61,670 nt of DNA, filler included, from Globobulimina sp. (GCA_003354225.1; 15 parts of 15 records of this genome joined end to end with filler, not necessarily neighbours in it); one strand, 5' to 3'; shown: positions 8,874 to 22,299, counted from the first letter of the whole stretch. Made by a program: numbers and translations. Notes: a model not told the origin generated them from the sequence alone.

Positions 8874-11800
8874 ATGGCGGTAACGAACGTATTCTTTCCA
8901 TTCCCGTGTTTCATTGAGCGATGGTTAGTAAATAACAGTATCAATAACAATAATATCAATCGACAGTATTTTGTGAATAAAAATGACATAATCGGTCATG
9001 TTCGATTGGATAATAATAATGTAACATCATTTAGAGCGCCCGTCTCTGGATATTTAACCATTTTAATTAGGGAGAATATTAGAGTCAGAAAAGGATTAAA
9101 GGTCGCTGCCATTCACCCAAATCTTGCCATTGCTCGTTCAAACCATCCAAACAACCCATTAAATCATCAAATTATTCAAAATCAAATAAATCATCCAAGT
9201 TAATTTCTATTTTTATCTCATTCGTGTGTTCGTGTGACAGATTGAAAACTTTTTTTCCCATAAATACAAAAATGAGCATAAGAGTGTTTAACTGTTTATT
9301 ATGCGTAAACATCAAATTCTTTTTCTGCGCACCCTTCGGCGCATTCGCAGTCCGTACTTTGTTGTGAAAAAAATGTATAAATTGCTTTTCTTTGTAAGAT
9401 TTGATTATTTGAATTTGTGCAAATCAAAATCCTAAACAAAAACCAAAAAAAACACTTTAAACAACAAAAAAAATAAGGTGCTCCATTTGAATTTGATGCA
9501 AGATTTCAAAATAATATGAACCAACCTCCTCAAACAATGAATCCTTCTCAACCAGGTTTGCCTCGCAGCACAGAACAGACTTTTCACTCAGAACCGTATA
9601 ACAAATATGCAGCACATACACTGCCTCCGATTCCCAATATGATGGTCCCTGTTGCTCCGCAAATGCATCCTCAAAATATGCCGTATCCCACACAACTCCG
9701 TCATTCTCCGCATCAACATCATATTCCGCTAAATGGCATAAACACTATGCATCATACACTACCTCCTCCTCCTCATTATATGCACGGTGCGCGTGTTCCC
9801 GTTCCCGTGCCACCACCACCTCATTTTATACATAATCCGCATGGTCCATCCCCACCAACCATAATGTATACAAATGCAAATCAACAAAGACCACAATACC
9901 CACCGCCTCAACAAGCACAGCTACCACCACTGCAACCACAGCCAATGGTAGCGCCGCCATATAACATCCCCACGCAACCAACACCAAATATGAAATCCGA
10001 CACAAATGTCTCTATAAATAAGCCTGAAAAAACACCTCAAGACCCACGGAGATCGACTTCTTGTGAAAAAACTCAAAAAAGTGTCAATATAAAACGAGAA
10101 ACACCCAAAAGTGCCAAAACTAAGACAGTCAATAAGGAGAAGCTTAAAATTAAAACATCAACACCGAATGCAATGTTCACCAAACATTGGAACAACAAAA
10201 ACTCGATAAATAAGACAGAAAACATGCAACAAATCAAAATAAATCTACACAAAAATAAGAAGTTATTGTTAGTATTAGACATCGACCACACTTTAGTCCA
10301 CGCCACGCGCGACATTCGTGCCAAAGATATCTTATCCGATGAGGTTATTGGCGAAGACGTGCATGAGATAGAATTCATAGACCCGTCGTGTAGTAGCATA
10401 AAACAAGTGTATTGGGTGAAACTGCGACCGTTTTTGCGCAAATTTCTACAAGTTTTAAAGCGTTTTTTCTGTCTCGCCATCTATACAATGGGTATACGAC
10501 CGTATGCTGATCAAATATTGAAAATAATCGACCCGGATAGCACCATATTTGAGCACAGAATGATATGCCGCGGCGATGATGGCATAAATCAGATCAATGG
10601 CATGAAAGATATCAGCCATTTACCACAATGCGATGCGAAAATGATATTAATTGCCGACGATCGCGATGATGTATGGACTACTCCAAATAATGTGGTCAAA
10701 GTACATAAATTCCGATATTGGCCAAATGAGAACAATTTAGCCATACTTTCCGACAATAATAACAGCGACAATCCCACTGAAATCCGGCGAGAACAGTTGT
10801 TTCCGTGGAATAAAGACAATATTTTGGAGAAAGAAAGTATGGAACCATGGAATTTGCAGCGGTTGAAAGAGAAATCCAATGATAATATTTTGTATAATAC
10901 GGCCAATATATTGCAAGCAGTGCATTATGTATATTACAGTTGCTTTGATAGCAGCGATGGCACTGAGAGGGAGAACGTAGACTGTCGCGCGATATATGGC
11001 GATATGAAGAAATTGGTGTTTAGTGGGGCCAAATGTGCGTTTAGCGGCGTGATACCGACCAATGAAGATCCGAGGAACCATCCCTTGTGGAAGTTGATCG
11101 AAGCGTATGGTGGCGAGCCAGTGGATTGTCTAAGTACGGACTGTACGCATTTAATTGCAGCTAAGCCGGGGACCTTCAAAGTGACAAAATCCTCGGAGAT
11201 GAATATCTGGATTGTGCACTATAACTGGGTCTACCAATCAGTTGTACAATTTGTGAAATGCGATGAGATGAACTATACAAACTTGACCAAACCTGATAAT
11301 ATCCATTCATTTGTACCGAAATTTGTGCACGTTAAACCCAAAGAGTTTGGTGACGAAATAAAGCAGATTAGAAATGGAAGCAAGAAGTTGCCGAAAATTA
11401 TCAGTAAACTGCAGCGGATGGAATTGATACAAAAAGAGCAAATACAACAAAAACAGCACAACGAGAAAATGGATGTTGATGTAATAGAGGAGAAGAAGGA
11501 GAGACAGGCGATGGAGGTGGAGGACAAAGCGGATGTTAAAGAGAAAGAGGAGGAGAGCGAGGAAGGGGAAATCAAGGAACATTCACCAACGCCACAAATA
11601 CAAACACAGCCACAGCCACAAGCAAAAATCAATAAAAATAAACATAAAACACAACCAAATATAAGCAATAACAATGTGAGCATAGTTATAAATAACATAC
11701 AATTACCAACACCACACCCAACAAATGCCTCTGTCATCGACAAACACAACAAAACATCTGAATTACCGGAATATATACAACTACCCACACACAAAAAACA

Positions 11801-12262
11801 AGTACAACATAATAATAATCATAGGGCAAACACTAAGGATGTTAACACTAAAAACAATAACAAAAATAATAACGCTTTACCATCGCATATTGTTTTACCA
11901 GAAAAGAATAAGAACAAAATATTAGCGCAACATCAAACTAATGTGGCTAAATTAAGAGCATTTAAAGCAGATATTCAATCACATCATAATGGTATACAAG
12001 CACAACAAATACAAGCACCCAAACCTCAAGTCATTCAACTTCAGGCACCGACATTTAATCAATCGCGATGTAACGTACCTGCAATACCTGCACATTTAAA
12101 GCAAAATACAATCCCAACAAACACCCATTCGCCAAATAATAATAATAACTATATCCCGCCATCCATGTTACCACCACCCAATTCTATACAGAATGCAATG
12201 CACATACAACATATACAAATAAACCAACCGCAACGTCCACCTCCACAGATTATCCCGCAACA
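8874..12262 (+). CDS. FCP1: RNA polymerase II CTD phosphatase FCP1 (3' truncated; intron 9199-9477)
   Basis: LVLDIDHTLVH (DxDxT), VKLRP and DDRDDVW motifs; BRCT domain (FSGVIP..THLIAAKPGT); N-terminal barrel-sandwich exon joined in frame by a GT-AG intron. Confidence 0.9.
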
Positions 12263-12362
12263 NNNNNNNNNNNNNNNNNNNNNNNNNNNNNNNNNNNNNN
12301 NNNNNNTTAATTAATTAANNNNNNNNNNNNNNNNNNNNNNNNNNNNNNNNNNNNNNNNNNNN

Positions 12363-14093
12363 GAATATAGAGTCAATTGCGGAAATGGATGAAAATAAAA
12401 AACAGTTTTTCAATGCATATAATGCACAATGCAACAAAATAACCTCTCGAACGAAATCAAATTCTGTGCCATCATCTGACACAAAACAAGAGTGTGTACA
12501 GCCATCAATTAATCAATTTGCAGATCTCGAGCTCTCTGCATCAAAATCAAACGATAAACTACCGAATCCGGAGAAGAATGATGATATAGATTATGATGGA
12601 AGGACTAGATCAGAGTCTGTGAAAATGGCGAATAATATATTCGAGATAACACGAACACAATCAAATTCTGTGCCTGGTTTGCATGTAAATCAACAACTTA
12701 TTGAACAAAAAATGGATGTTAAAGTCAAACAATTTATCGATATCGCTGCTGGACAACAATCGAATGTTTGTTATAATAACACTTATATTTATCTGTTTAT
12801 ATGATATCCATATTGATTTATTGATTGATTGTTGATTGAAACAAGGAATATCATGACATTGACGAGAGTGATGATGATGATGTAAAGTCAGATATAAATG
12901 AATCCGATACAATTATCATTGATAATGGTTCAGAGACAATCAAAATTGGTTTTGGCTGCAGTGCCGCTGCTGACTCACATTCTCCATCTTATAAATTCCC
13001 GTCAGTCATTGGGTATGATCAAGACAATAATGATGATATATTTATTGGCAACAGGGCCTATAACGAAAATAAAATGATTTCAAAGTTAAATATTTACAAT
13101 GTAATAAAGAGAGGAAATATTACAGACTGGGATAGTATGGAGAGACTATGGCATTATTCATTTAATAAATTATCAGTATCAGAACCTTGGGAATATAATG
13201 TTTTGTTAACGGAAACAGTATTACGGGGTAACAAAGAAAGGGAAAAATGCGTTGAGACTTTATTTGAAACATTCGATGTCAATTCATTATACTTACAAAA
13301 CGAAGCATGTTTGTCATTGTATGGCAATGGAGCTATGACAGGAACTGTAATGGGGATTGGCTATGGATGTACATATTGTTGCTCATTGTTTGAAGGATTC
13401 TGCGTTCCTCAAAGTGTGATTAAAATAAATTCATCTGGTTATGATTTGACACAATACGTAAAACAATTATTGTCAAATAAACATACAATATTTAAACAAA
13501 ATAATTTCAGGCAAAGATATGATAAAATAGTGAATGAAATTAAACATAAATATTGTGTGGTATCGGATGTAGGTTTTGAGGATAATGATAGTAAAACAGT
13601 GGAAGTGGAAATAGATAAATATAGGTTACCCGATGGTGAATGGATTGAAATTGACAAAGATATTAAACATAAATGTTGTGAGCTATTATTTGGTGGTTTT
13701 ATGAATTTAAACTATGAATCCGTTTCGGAGAAAAATAAAAAATTACTGTGCAATAAAGCAGGTATTCAAGATATGATATATGAATCGATAAAATCGGTGA
13801 AAGATAAGGATTTGCAAAATGCATTTTATTCAAATATTATATTAAGTGGTGGTTCTACATTGTTTAATAATTTAGGAAATAGATTAAGAAAAGAAATACT
13901 TAGATTGGAACATAAAGGAAATTATAATATTAATCGAGAAATTCATATCATTGCAAATGAAAAACGCAAAGATTTAGCATGGATCGGTGGTTCGATTGTA
14001 AGTTCAATACAACAATTTAAAGAAAACTTTATTCAAAGAGAGGAATATCAAGAAAATGGGAAAAGTATTGTTCACAGAAAATGTCCATCCTGA
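12363..14093 (+). CDS. Divergent actin-like protein with N-terminal extension (intron 12766-12845; 5' uncertain)
   Basis: IIIDNGSETIKIGF, RGNITDWDSMERLW, VLLTE, YRLPDG, IILSGGSTLF, AWIGGSI, EEYQENGKSIVHRKC. Confidence 0.88.
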
Positions 14094-14298
14094 GAGTATT
14101 CAATACATTGATGTCGTTATTGTCGAGAGACGAGAGCATTGCTGTTTTGTCATTAACCTAATTTTTAAAATCTTGATAATCGATGCAACCAAACTAAACT
14201 AAACGAAATATATATCGTTAAGCCATTATAAAGCCAAAAAATGGCGATTAATTAAAATGACCAAGTAAGAACACAAAAAACTTGAAATCATCACAACA

Positions 14299-15381
14299 TT
14301 AATTTGTCGATATATGAACATTTATATACAGCATTGAGAGATTAGAACAATCTTTAAATGATTTTATTATTTTATCGGATTTTAATTTAAATGTGTTTTC
14401 ATTTTCATAACTTCGATATGTTGGTAATGAATACCATAAATATTGACCAATAATCACAGCAATATCTGGATGGATATTTTCCCAAACATTTTCGATCAAT
14501 GTCACTTTTTCAAATGAACCAAACATAATATTATACAAAACATTAATATTATCCATCAAAACATCAATATTTCCACATTTTGTAAGCCAACAAAACTCAT
14601 CAATCCGATGTGTTTCATCAAGAAAAGGAAATATATGATAACAATACCAATATATCTCAAAATATTTAGCATCGAAAAGCAAAAACACGCAATCCATTGC
14701 AATAAATAGCCAACAAATTATGAACAGTGCACTCCCCGCTGAACAGACTTTGTTCTGTAAAAATATCAATAAAACAATATCATAAATAACCACAAATAAT
14801 GATAAAATAGATTTAAACCATCGAGCTTTTGTTGCATGTATATTATATCCAGCTGCTTTTTGTAAATCTGTCCAATTTACATTGGTTAAGCCATATGTAT
14901 TGGAATTATGCATATCTGCAAAATAATCTATTTTAGATAATAAATCCTCATCGATGTTATCTGCAAATAGCAGTGTTAAATAATAATTAACCACAACAAT
15001 TCTTCTCTTAATCTCTTCTCTTTTATTATTATTTAAAATATATTTTAATAAACGCGTTGTGAGTGCTTTTGTGCGATTACAATCCGTAAATAATCGAGGA
15101 ATATCACCATATTCTTGTCCCCAATGTAGAGAATAAAAAGAAAAGCTTGGAATGACCACGCATATAATTGATGTCATCAGGTTAGCCATCAATATTAAGG
15201 TTAATAGGTAGAAGCACCATTCTTTTGGTGTTTGATGTATTTCTTGATATACTTTGAAAAATAAAAATAATATTAAAAATATAGAATGTGGTATTAATAA
15301 ATACTTTCCTAAATCATCAAATAATACGCGGCACACCAATGCAATAAATATTGCTAATCGAAAGATATCTGAATTAAGCAA
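14299..15381 (-). CDS. Multi-TM hypothetical protein; the frame extends to ATG 15708 through three TGA codons
   Basis: 360-aa ORF with 4-5 hydrophobic segments and no ATG at its start; see finding. Confidence 0.55.
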   Translation of the reverse strand: MLNSDIFRLAIFIALVCRVLFDDLGKYLLIPHSIFLILFLFFKVYQEIHQTPKEWCFYLLTLILMANLMTSIICVVIPSFSFYSLHWGQEYGDIPRLFTDCNRTKALTTRLLKYILNNNKREEIKRRIVVVNYYLTLLFADNIDEDLLSKIDYFADMHNSNTYGLTNVNWTDLQKAAGYNIHATKARWFKSILSLFVVIYDIVLLIFLQNKVCSAGSALFIICWLFIAMDCVFLLFDAKYFEIYWYCYHIFPFLDETHRIDEFCWLTKCGNIDVLMDNINVLYNIMFGSFEKVTLIENVWENIHPDIAVIIGQYLWYSLPTYRSYENENTFKLKSDKIIKSFKDCSNLSMLYINVHISTN

Positions 15382-15794
15382 AATAATTCAAGTGTATTCA
15401 CCCATTGTATGCACGGTAATGCACCGCAATGTGTATTGTGGGGATTCGAATCAGATTTTATATAAAAACAGGTTACACTTCGGATCGATATCAGGTGGAG
15501 CTGTTTGTTTAAAATTTATTGATGCAGCTACACCGGAGGAAGGGTTACCGATTTCATAGATAAAATTCGTCACGAATCCCGATCATTGCTCAAGTTTTAA
15601 AAGATAGAACGGACCTCTCCAACATAAGGCACACCATAACCGCATTCCATAGTTATGACTTTGAATGGTTAGTAGAGTATTGTTGAATGGACAAGTAGAG
15701 TCGAGCATGACTGTGCGTCTTAGTATCGTTTTATTACTTAAAATAATAATTATACGAATGCAAATATGCGCGCATACAAACAATATTAAGCACT

Positions 15795-16381
15795 CTATTT
15801 TTCAGCAATAAACCAACCAATTTTTGGACAAACTTCCAATGTTTTCTTATTTTGCTCAACACCAATAAATCCAGCAGCAAATTTCAATTTATATTCATTC
15901 CCACTTTTAACATCCTTTAATGTGACAGGTGCCTTTGCCAAACCAATCGGAAATACTTTTAATGAGGAAGATGGACGAAATACTTTCTTTAATGGCTTTG
16001 TATCACCGCGCCCATATCCAGACGGCACATATTGACCAATTGAATATGATGCGTAACTCGCCCTACTTTCTTCAAAGGAACCATTCCCGTCCGGATCATT
16101 ATGTGTTCCTTCACTGCCACCTCCACCTCCACCTCCACCCCCACCACGACCCCACATACCACCGCCAACATTTTTCATCTGATTCAAATACGGGAAAAAT
16201 ATATTTATCCATCCACTATAATACGAATTTATATTTGACGGATCATCATTTGGTATCATCATACCGCTCATCGTGCGGCCTCTCCGCACCATCGAATTCC
16301 AAAACAAACAGTCAATCTCACCATCATAAGCACCAATAAATCGATCTAAAATATCGAACAATGGTCTCCCCCATTTTGCTG
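15795..16381 (-). CDS. DUF4419 family protein, C-terminal part
   Basis: FWNSM...SGWINIFFPY...FPIGLAKAPV...FAAGFIGVEQ...PKIGW. Confidence 0.8.
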
Positions 16382-16481
16382 NNNNNNNNNNNNNNNNNNN
16401 NNNNNNNNNNNNNNNNNNNNNNNNNTTAATTAATTAANNNNNNNNNNNNNNNNNNNNNNNNNNNNNNNNNNNNNNNNNNNN

Positions 16482-18397
16482 CGGTGTAAAACCAACAGCC
16501 GCCGCTACAAGACGACCATATTCTGCCCGCCGGCGAGATCATAAATACTAATGTCGACCGGCTCTCTTCTTCAGATAGCTCCCAGTCCAATTTACTATGC
16601 TCACTCATCGCACTCTGCAGATTTTCACACGCTGCGTCGCCTGGTTTGTGGCTGACATATTTGATGAGAAACCAACGATGTTCACCTTCCCCAATGCGCC
16701 AATCCCCAATCACTAAGGGGCGGGTTTTAAAGGGTTTATTTAAGGTTTTTTTCACATAATCCACGCTATTATTTTTCTTTTCGATGGTGGCGGTATAATT
16801 CATTGGCGATTGGAAGTTATTGGTAGTTTCATCCATTTCGGGTAGGTTTGCGGAGCTATTTTGCATGGTTTTGGATTGGAAGATGAAGGAGGGATTGGCG
16901 GTGGTTGTGGCTGTGGAGAGTGGTGTGATGAGTGGCAGTTCGTAGCTATGCGGGGAGAGAGCGGTACCAACTTCGGATAACATGGGCGATGGTGAGATTA
17001 GTACATGTCCCTTATTGTCATAGGTGGAGAGAGATTGCACCGTAGCATCAAAGGAATGCTTCGGATTTTTGTGAGTGGGATCCAATGGGTTTATTTTGGA
17101 CGGATCCGGTTGGAAAGGTTGTGGTTGTAATAGGTGATTGGTATAGGAACTCCATAGATTGCCATCTGGGAATAATAAAAATATGATATTGTTGCCATGA
17201 GTGATGGCCAAAGGACGATGAATCATATTTGTATCTGAATATCTGTTGATATATTTGTAATGCGCGGTGGTGGCCGGATTGTTGTTGTTGTTTATGGCAT
17301 TTATCAAATCCATTTTAATTAAACTGATTTGTGTCTTCATGTCGATATTTGCATTTTCGTCTTCGTTGTCACGGAGATACGTTAAGAATTTGCTATAGGT
17401 GTCGGAGTCTAACTTATTTTCGTCAGAATCACTTTTTGCTTTATCATAATATGCCGTGTCATGGTCATAGTAATGACTCCAAAAGAAGTTGTGATTGTGG
17501 TTGTGATCATGAACGATTTTATTGATGGCTATGATGTTGGTGTTGCTAATAATATCATGGTCCGCTGATATATTGCCACTGGCACTGCTCCATACATGTA
17601 AATAAGAGCGTGATGGCGCACTGGCCATGGTATTGTACTCTGGTTTGGAGGGAAATGCACTGTTTGGAGGTGCATTGTTCGTATCATCATTTGAATGGGG
17701 ATTACTATCATTGTCACTGTCCGAATCAAGATCACTTGATAGTGGTTGCTCTGCAACCAACATAGTCTCTGATAGTCTGTGTATCCAATATAGAGTGTGC
17801 GTGTAATGGTATATATGTATATAAAACATACGCAGAATGAACAGAGATGTAATCATTATTTTTGTGCTTGTAATTTGATACATTTGGTGCTTGTATATTG
17901 GCAGTGTATATAATGGGTAGTAGTTCACCAATATGCCATTCTCTGTTGATTCGAACCACAGAGTTGTTATTAAAATATATTGTGCGTGGTACGGATATAT
18001 GTGAGATGCGAGGGATTGAAGTTAAGGAGGATGACAATGATGAATGTGTGGCAGATAACGTTGTTTTTGAGCCAGGTATGAATAAACGACCGTCATTTTG
18101 TATACATAACCGGGCTGATTCTAAGTATTCAAACAGAACAGCAGTGGAGCTATGATTGACGCCGACCGACCATTTCTTAGAGTTTTTATTTTGTTTCGGT
18201 GTAATTAATGCTACCATATTCACTAAGGGTGGCGGTGGTGGTGATGAATGTGCCTTATTCTCGTTGTTATAATTCGTATTTAAATCATCTGAGACATGGT
18301 GTAAATTGGATTGCTGTTCAGGCTGTGGAATGTACTCATCTTTCGGATAGTTTTGCTCCAATGATGGTATATGTTTAGTAAATTGTGGCTCTGCCAT
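16482..18397 (-). CDS. Hypothetical protein with repeated W-x-I-G / P-D-G-x-L-W beta motifs (spliced, 3' truncated)
   Basis: The two ORFs (17732-18397 and 16482-17931) can be joined by a GT-AG intron at about 17769-17928. Low-complexity linkers. Confidence 0.55.
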
Positions 18398-18445
18398 GTA
18401 ATATCAACACATCCACTTAAAAACTTTCTGATTAGCTGCTAAATC

Positions 18446-20500
18446 ATGGAACTAATAAATAACGAGATCATTACCTATGGAGACACAGTTCGAATCAACA
18501 AAAAAGGATATGTTGGAATCAAAGGCAAAATACGGTTCTTAGGTGTCATGGAAGGTAAAAAAGGAGTATATTATGGGCTAGAATTAGACAAAAAGAATGG
18601 TAAATATGATGGTTCATTTTTAAACAAAAAGTATTTCGAATGTGATCCACGCAAAGGGCTATTTGTAACCATGTCAGAGATTGACAAAATAATAAAAAAA
18701 TCCAAAACAATGCCTCGTGTTACTATAAATTCAACCGTTTATGTTAAAAAATATGCCGCAACGGGAACCATAAAATATATCGGAATACCATATATTGCGA
18801 AAAATAAATCAAAATCTATTTATTACGGCATTGAATTGAAACAATCCAACGGGAAAAATAACGGCTGTATCAGCAAAAAAAGATATTTTAAATGTGCTCC
18901 CAAGTATGGTATATTTGTGAAAAAAGACCAAATCTCGACACTCAAACAGATATTCCCAATCACACCGGGTGGGCCCTCACAAAGTGTTTCTGTGCCAACG
19001 CCACCGTCAGAACCATCAACACCCCGCAAACGAAGGAATGCACGGAATCCAAAGAAGAAAAAGCTCCATAATTATAATACCAATACACTGTCGAAATCCA
19101 TCCATATCAAAACCAAAAAAAAAATAAAAAAAAAAGTGGTATCAAAGACATTTAGTAAATCGCCACCAGCGTCGCAGCAATTGCTTGCATTTGCGAATAA
19201 AATAAAAACAAAAGCAAATACACAAAAAAAACCCGCCAAATTTAAACGAAAAGCAAAAAAAAAATCAATTACAACTGCATCATGTAAAAAAGTACGAAAT
19301 TATAAACCAAAATCTTGTAAAAAGGTGTCAAAACATGCAAAACACGCAAACGATGATAACAAAATCTGTAAAAAAACACGCATCAAATCCGCTACATGTA
19401 CACCATTAAAAAAAGTACATATAAACATGCAAAATATGTCATATATGGAAGAGAAAGATGATGTTTTCTATGATGATGATGAAGATGATACAAATATCCC
19501 TATCAATGATATCGATTACGAAGCAGCCATGAAAATCGTCAGCGAAACCTTATCCATTCGCAATTATCGCTTATTTTTAGGTTACATCTGCCCGGTAAAA
19601 GACGCTGTTTCTAAACTAAATAACAGACAAAAACGACAAATATTAAACGATTTACATCGACAATATCATGCGAATAATTTACAAATCACGCAAAACATTC
19701 TTCATTTGGCTTTATTTATTGTCAAATCAATGCATAGTTTTTATAGTTTGCGAGAAAAGAAAGAGATATGGGATTTTATTGACTTTTTATTACAAAATGG
19801 GTGTTCTCCGCTAATTCGTATGACAATCAAACAGGAGGAGTCTTGTGAGGATAAAAATGTATTTCGTTTAATGAATGAAGCTCTAAAAACTTACAAACAA
19901 AACGAGATTTTGATCGTGAAAAGATTGAATTGGTTATGGTCTTTGGTCGATGATGACTTTAAATGTGAGAATAGATTGAGTCGTCCGGCGCTGTTGACTA
20001 TAAATAGCAATTTCAGTAAGCACTGGATCGTCGCGGATGGATATGCGGAGATGCCGGCACCCAAAATATTAAAAGAATACCTCGATTTTGGCTGTGAGTT
20101 GATACATTTTTGCAGTGAGGATGCCATTTATTATGATTTTAATCAAATACAATTGTCATTACCGCCGCATTTAATTATTACTACCTTGCGCATTAATGCT
20201 GATATGACATTTTATTTGGACGTAATTGGTAAAGTTGTGTTGTACTACAAATATTATTATGTACAGCAAAGATATAATGATATTTTGCAAATATGTAAGC
20301 AGTTATATGGTGACTGTGATGCGTACGAGAATATTATTACAGAGATTGTATTATATTCAAGCACGGATATCTTGTATGACACTGACGAGTTGACAGAGAT
20401 TGACGTGATTGCGTTTACATTGCATCGAATGCCGAGTTATAGTGCGGAATGGAATGCTTTTTTATACCAATATGTTTTATGTCAATTATCAGTTGGAAAG
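18446..20500 (+). CDS. Tandem CAP-Gly domain protein (3' truncated)
   Basis: Two copies of YYG[LI]EL...GK[YN][DN]G...YF.C...G[LI]FV, then a Lys-rich region. Confidence 0.88.
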
Positions 20501-20600
20501 NNNNNNNNNNNNNNNNNNNNNNNNNNNNNNNNNNNNNNNNNNNNTTAATTAATTAANNNNNNNNNNNNNNNNNNNNNNNNNNNNNNNNNNNNNNNNNNNN

Positions 20601-21659
20601 ATGCTATTAATAATGTCATTTATCACAAACATAAAAAACCGTTTTAAATTCGGATTGGGTGTAACAACAAATATATATTATACCTTTTGGGCATAGATCG
20701 CATTTATACGGTCTCTCGCCGGTATGAGAACGCATATGAATGCGTAATTTATGCTGATGCGGGAATTTCTTACCACATTCTTTACATATTTTGGCCTCTG
20801 ATGTATGCACTTTGAAATGTAATTTCATGGAAGATTTATATTTATATCGATTACCACATTCTGGACAGGCGTGCGGTTTCTTGTTTGTATTTGTATTTGC
20901 GTCCATATCATTTAATAAGATGGTGTTTAATGGCTCTGTTTTCACTCTATTCTCGGAGTGAAGATATGGTGAAATATGGGATATTGTCGATGATGAATTA
21001 TCGTCGTTATTGGTATAGTTTGTGCTGTTTGATATTTCCGAACAAAATGAATAATTTGGTTGCATCACTTGTGCACTATCAATGGCCGGAGGGATGGGAT
21101 CGAAATTGCTATCTTGTTTAATAAATTCTGAATTAAAACAATTTGGAATAGTTGGAACTGGAATAGTCATCCTCGCGCATTCATGATCATTATCATTATC
21201 ATTATCAGGATGCATATGAGAATAACCAATATCATTGTTATGAGAATTTAAAGTTGTAATATTTGGTATGTTGCTAAATGAATTAAAAGCTGACCAGCTG
21301 CAGTTTGCAATACGCGTACGATGATTATGATGATGTGGATGTATTAATGGAGGTTGATGTAATGGTCCATAATAACAATAATTATCCAATGTTTCTTGTT
21401 CTTGTTCTTGTTCTTCTTGCATGAGATTCGTGTGCATCATTGGATGATGATGGAAATCAGAATCAAAATGTATTGGTGGTGGTAATGATGGAGGAAATGA
21501 TTGATATGAACTGCTGTTAACAATATTACCTGTATATGTTTTATAATATATGCAAATGAAAACAATATATTGATTACAATTATAATTATATGCGTATGTG
21601 TCAATTAATGCGATTTAACTGTGCATTGCTTGTGCGTTGGGGTTACTTCGTCGGTTCAT
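20601..21659 (-). CDS. C2H2 zinc-finger transcription factor (intron 21530-21619; 3' truncated)
   Basis: CPECG..H..H, CKECG..HMRSH and a TGERPYKC linker. The upstream exon MNRRSNPNAQAMH splices in frame. Confidence 0.88.
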
Positions 21660-21927
21660 TTTATTGGGCAGTTATTTCTAAATTGTTTGGAAGCTATAAA
21701 AACAACAAACAAATATGATTTTTGTCGATGAAAAAAAATGGTTTCTATTTTCGAATGGAAAGAGTGTTTGTTAGAGTAATATTTGAAACGTTGCGTCTAA
21801 AGTGACATTGCAGAATGTTGTGATTTGCAGAATGTATGTTTTTCAATAGAAAAGGACAACTTTGGTGAACGCATGAAAATTCTATAATTTTCAAGTTATC
21901 AACAAGACAGTTGCGGGAGTAGTTATG

Positions 21928-22299
21928 TTATGGATGAATTTTATTTTCCGAATTCCTGAATACCTTTTTTAATCGTTTGCGATACCAACGAGGACCATAC
22001 CAATTACATTCAACTTTTATATATCTGCGAACATGTGAACATGGTCTAGCTCCATGATTTGATTTTGTTGGTACTTTTGAATTTCTCTGCGTAAATAATA
22101 ATCCATCATACAATTTAGATAATAATCCGATGTTATCTCCATTGTTTATGTTGTTTGGAAGCGCTGTTTGATATAAATCCAATGCCATAAAACGTGACAA
22201 TGTCAAATAATTGTACCGCATGCATACTTGTGATGCAGTATTATAATAAGCCGTCAGTAGTCTGTTGTAAACAAGAAATCTGCAAAATGAAGATGACAT
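21928..22299 (-). CDS. Small basic protein, possibly mitochondrion-targeted
   Basis: Presequence-like N-terminus; basic C-terminus with NHGARPCSHVRR; ATC-ATG start context like other genes here. Confidence 0.5.
   Translation of the reverse strand: MSSSFCRFLVYNRLLTAYYNTASQVCMRYNYLTLSRFMALDLYQTALPNNINNGDNIGLLSKLYDGLLFTQRNSKVPTKSNHGARPCSHVRRYIKVECNWYGPRWYRKRLKKVFRNSENKIHP

Noticed and set aside
9325-9350. CTGCGCACCCTTCGGCGCATTCGCAG hairpin in the FCP1 intron as an ncRNA
   Set aside because: It is too short and imperfect, and a single occurrence here.
16110-16147. (CCACCT)n tract as a telomere-like repeat
   Set aside because: It encodes poly-Gly within the DUF4419 ORF.
16680-16720. GDWRIG as the start of a protein kinase domain
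   Set aside because: No GxGxxG or VAIK follows; it fits the internal repeat instead.
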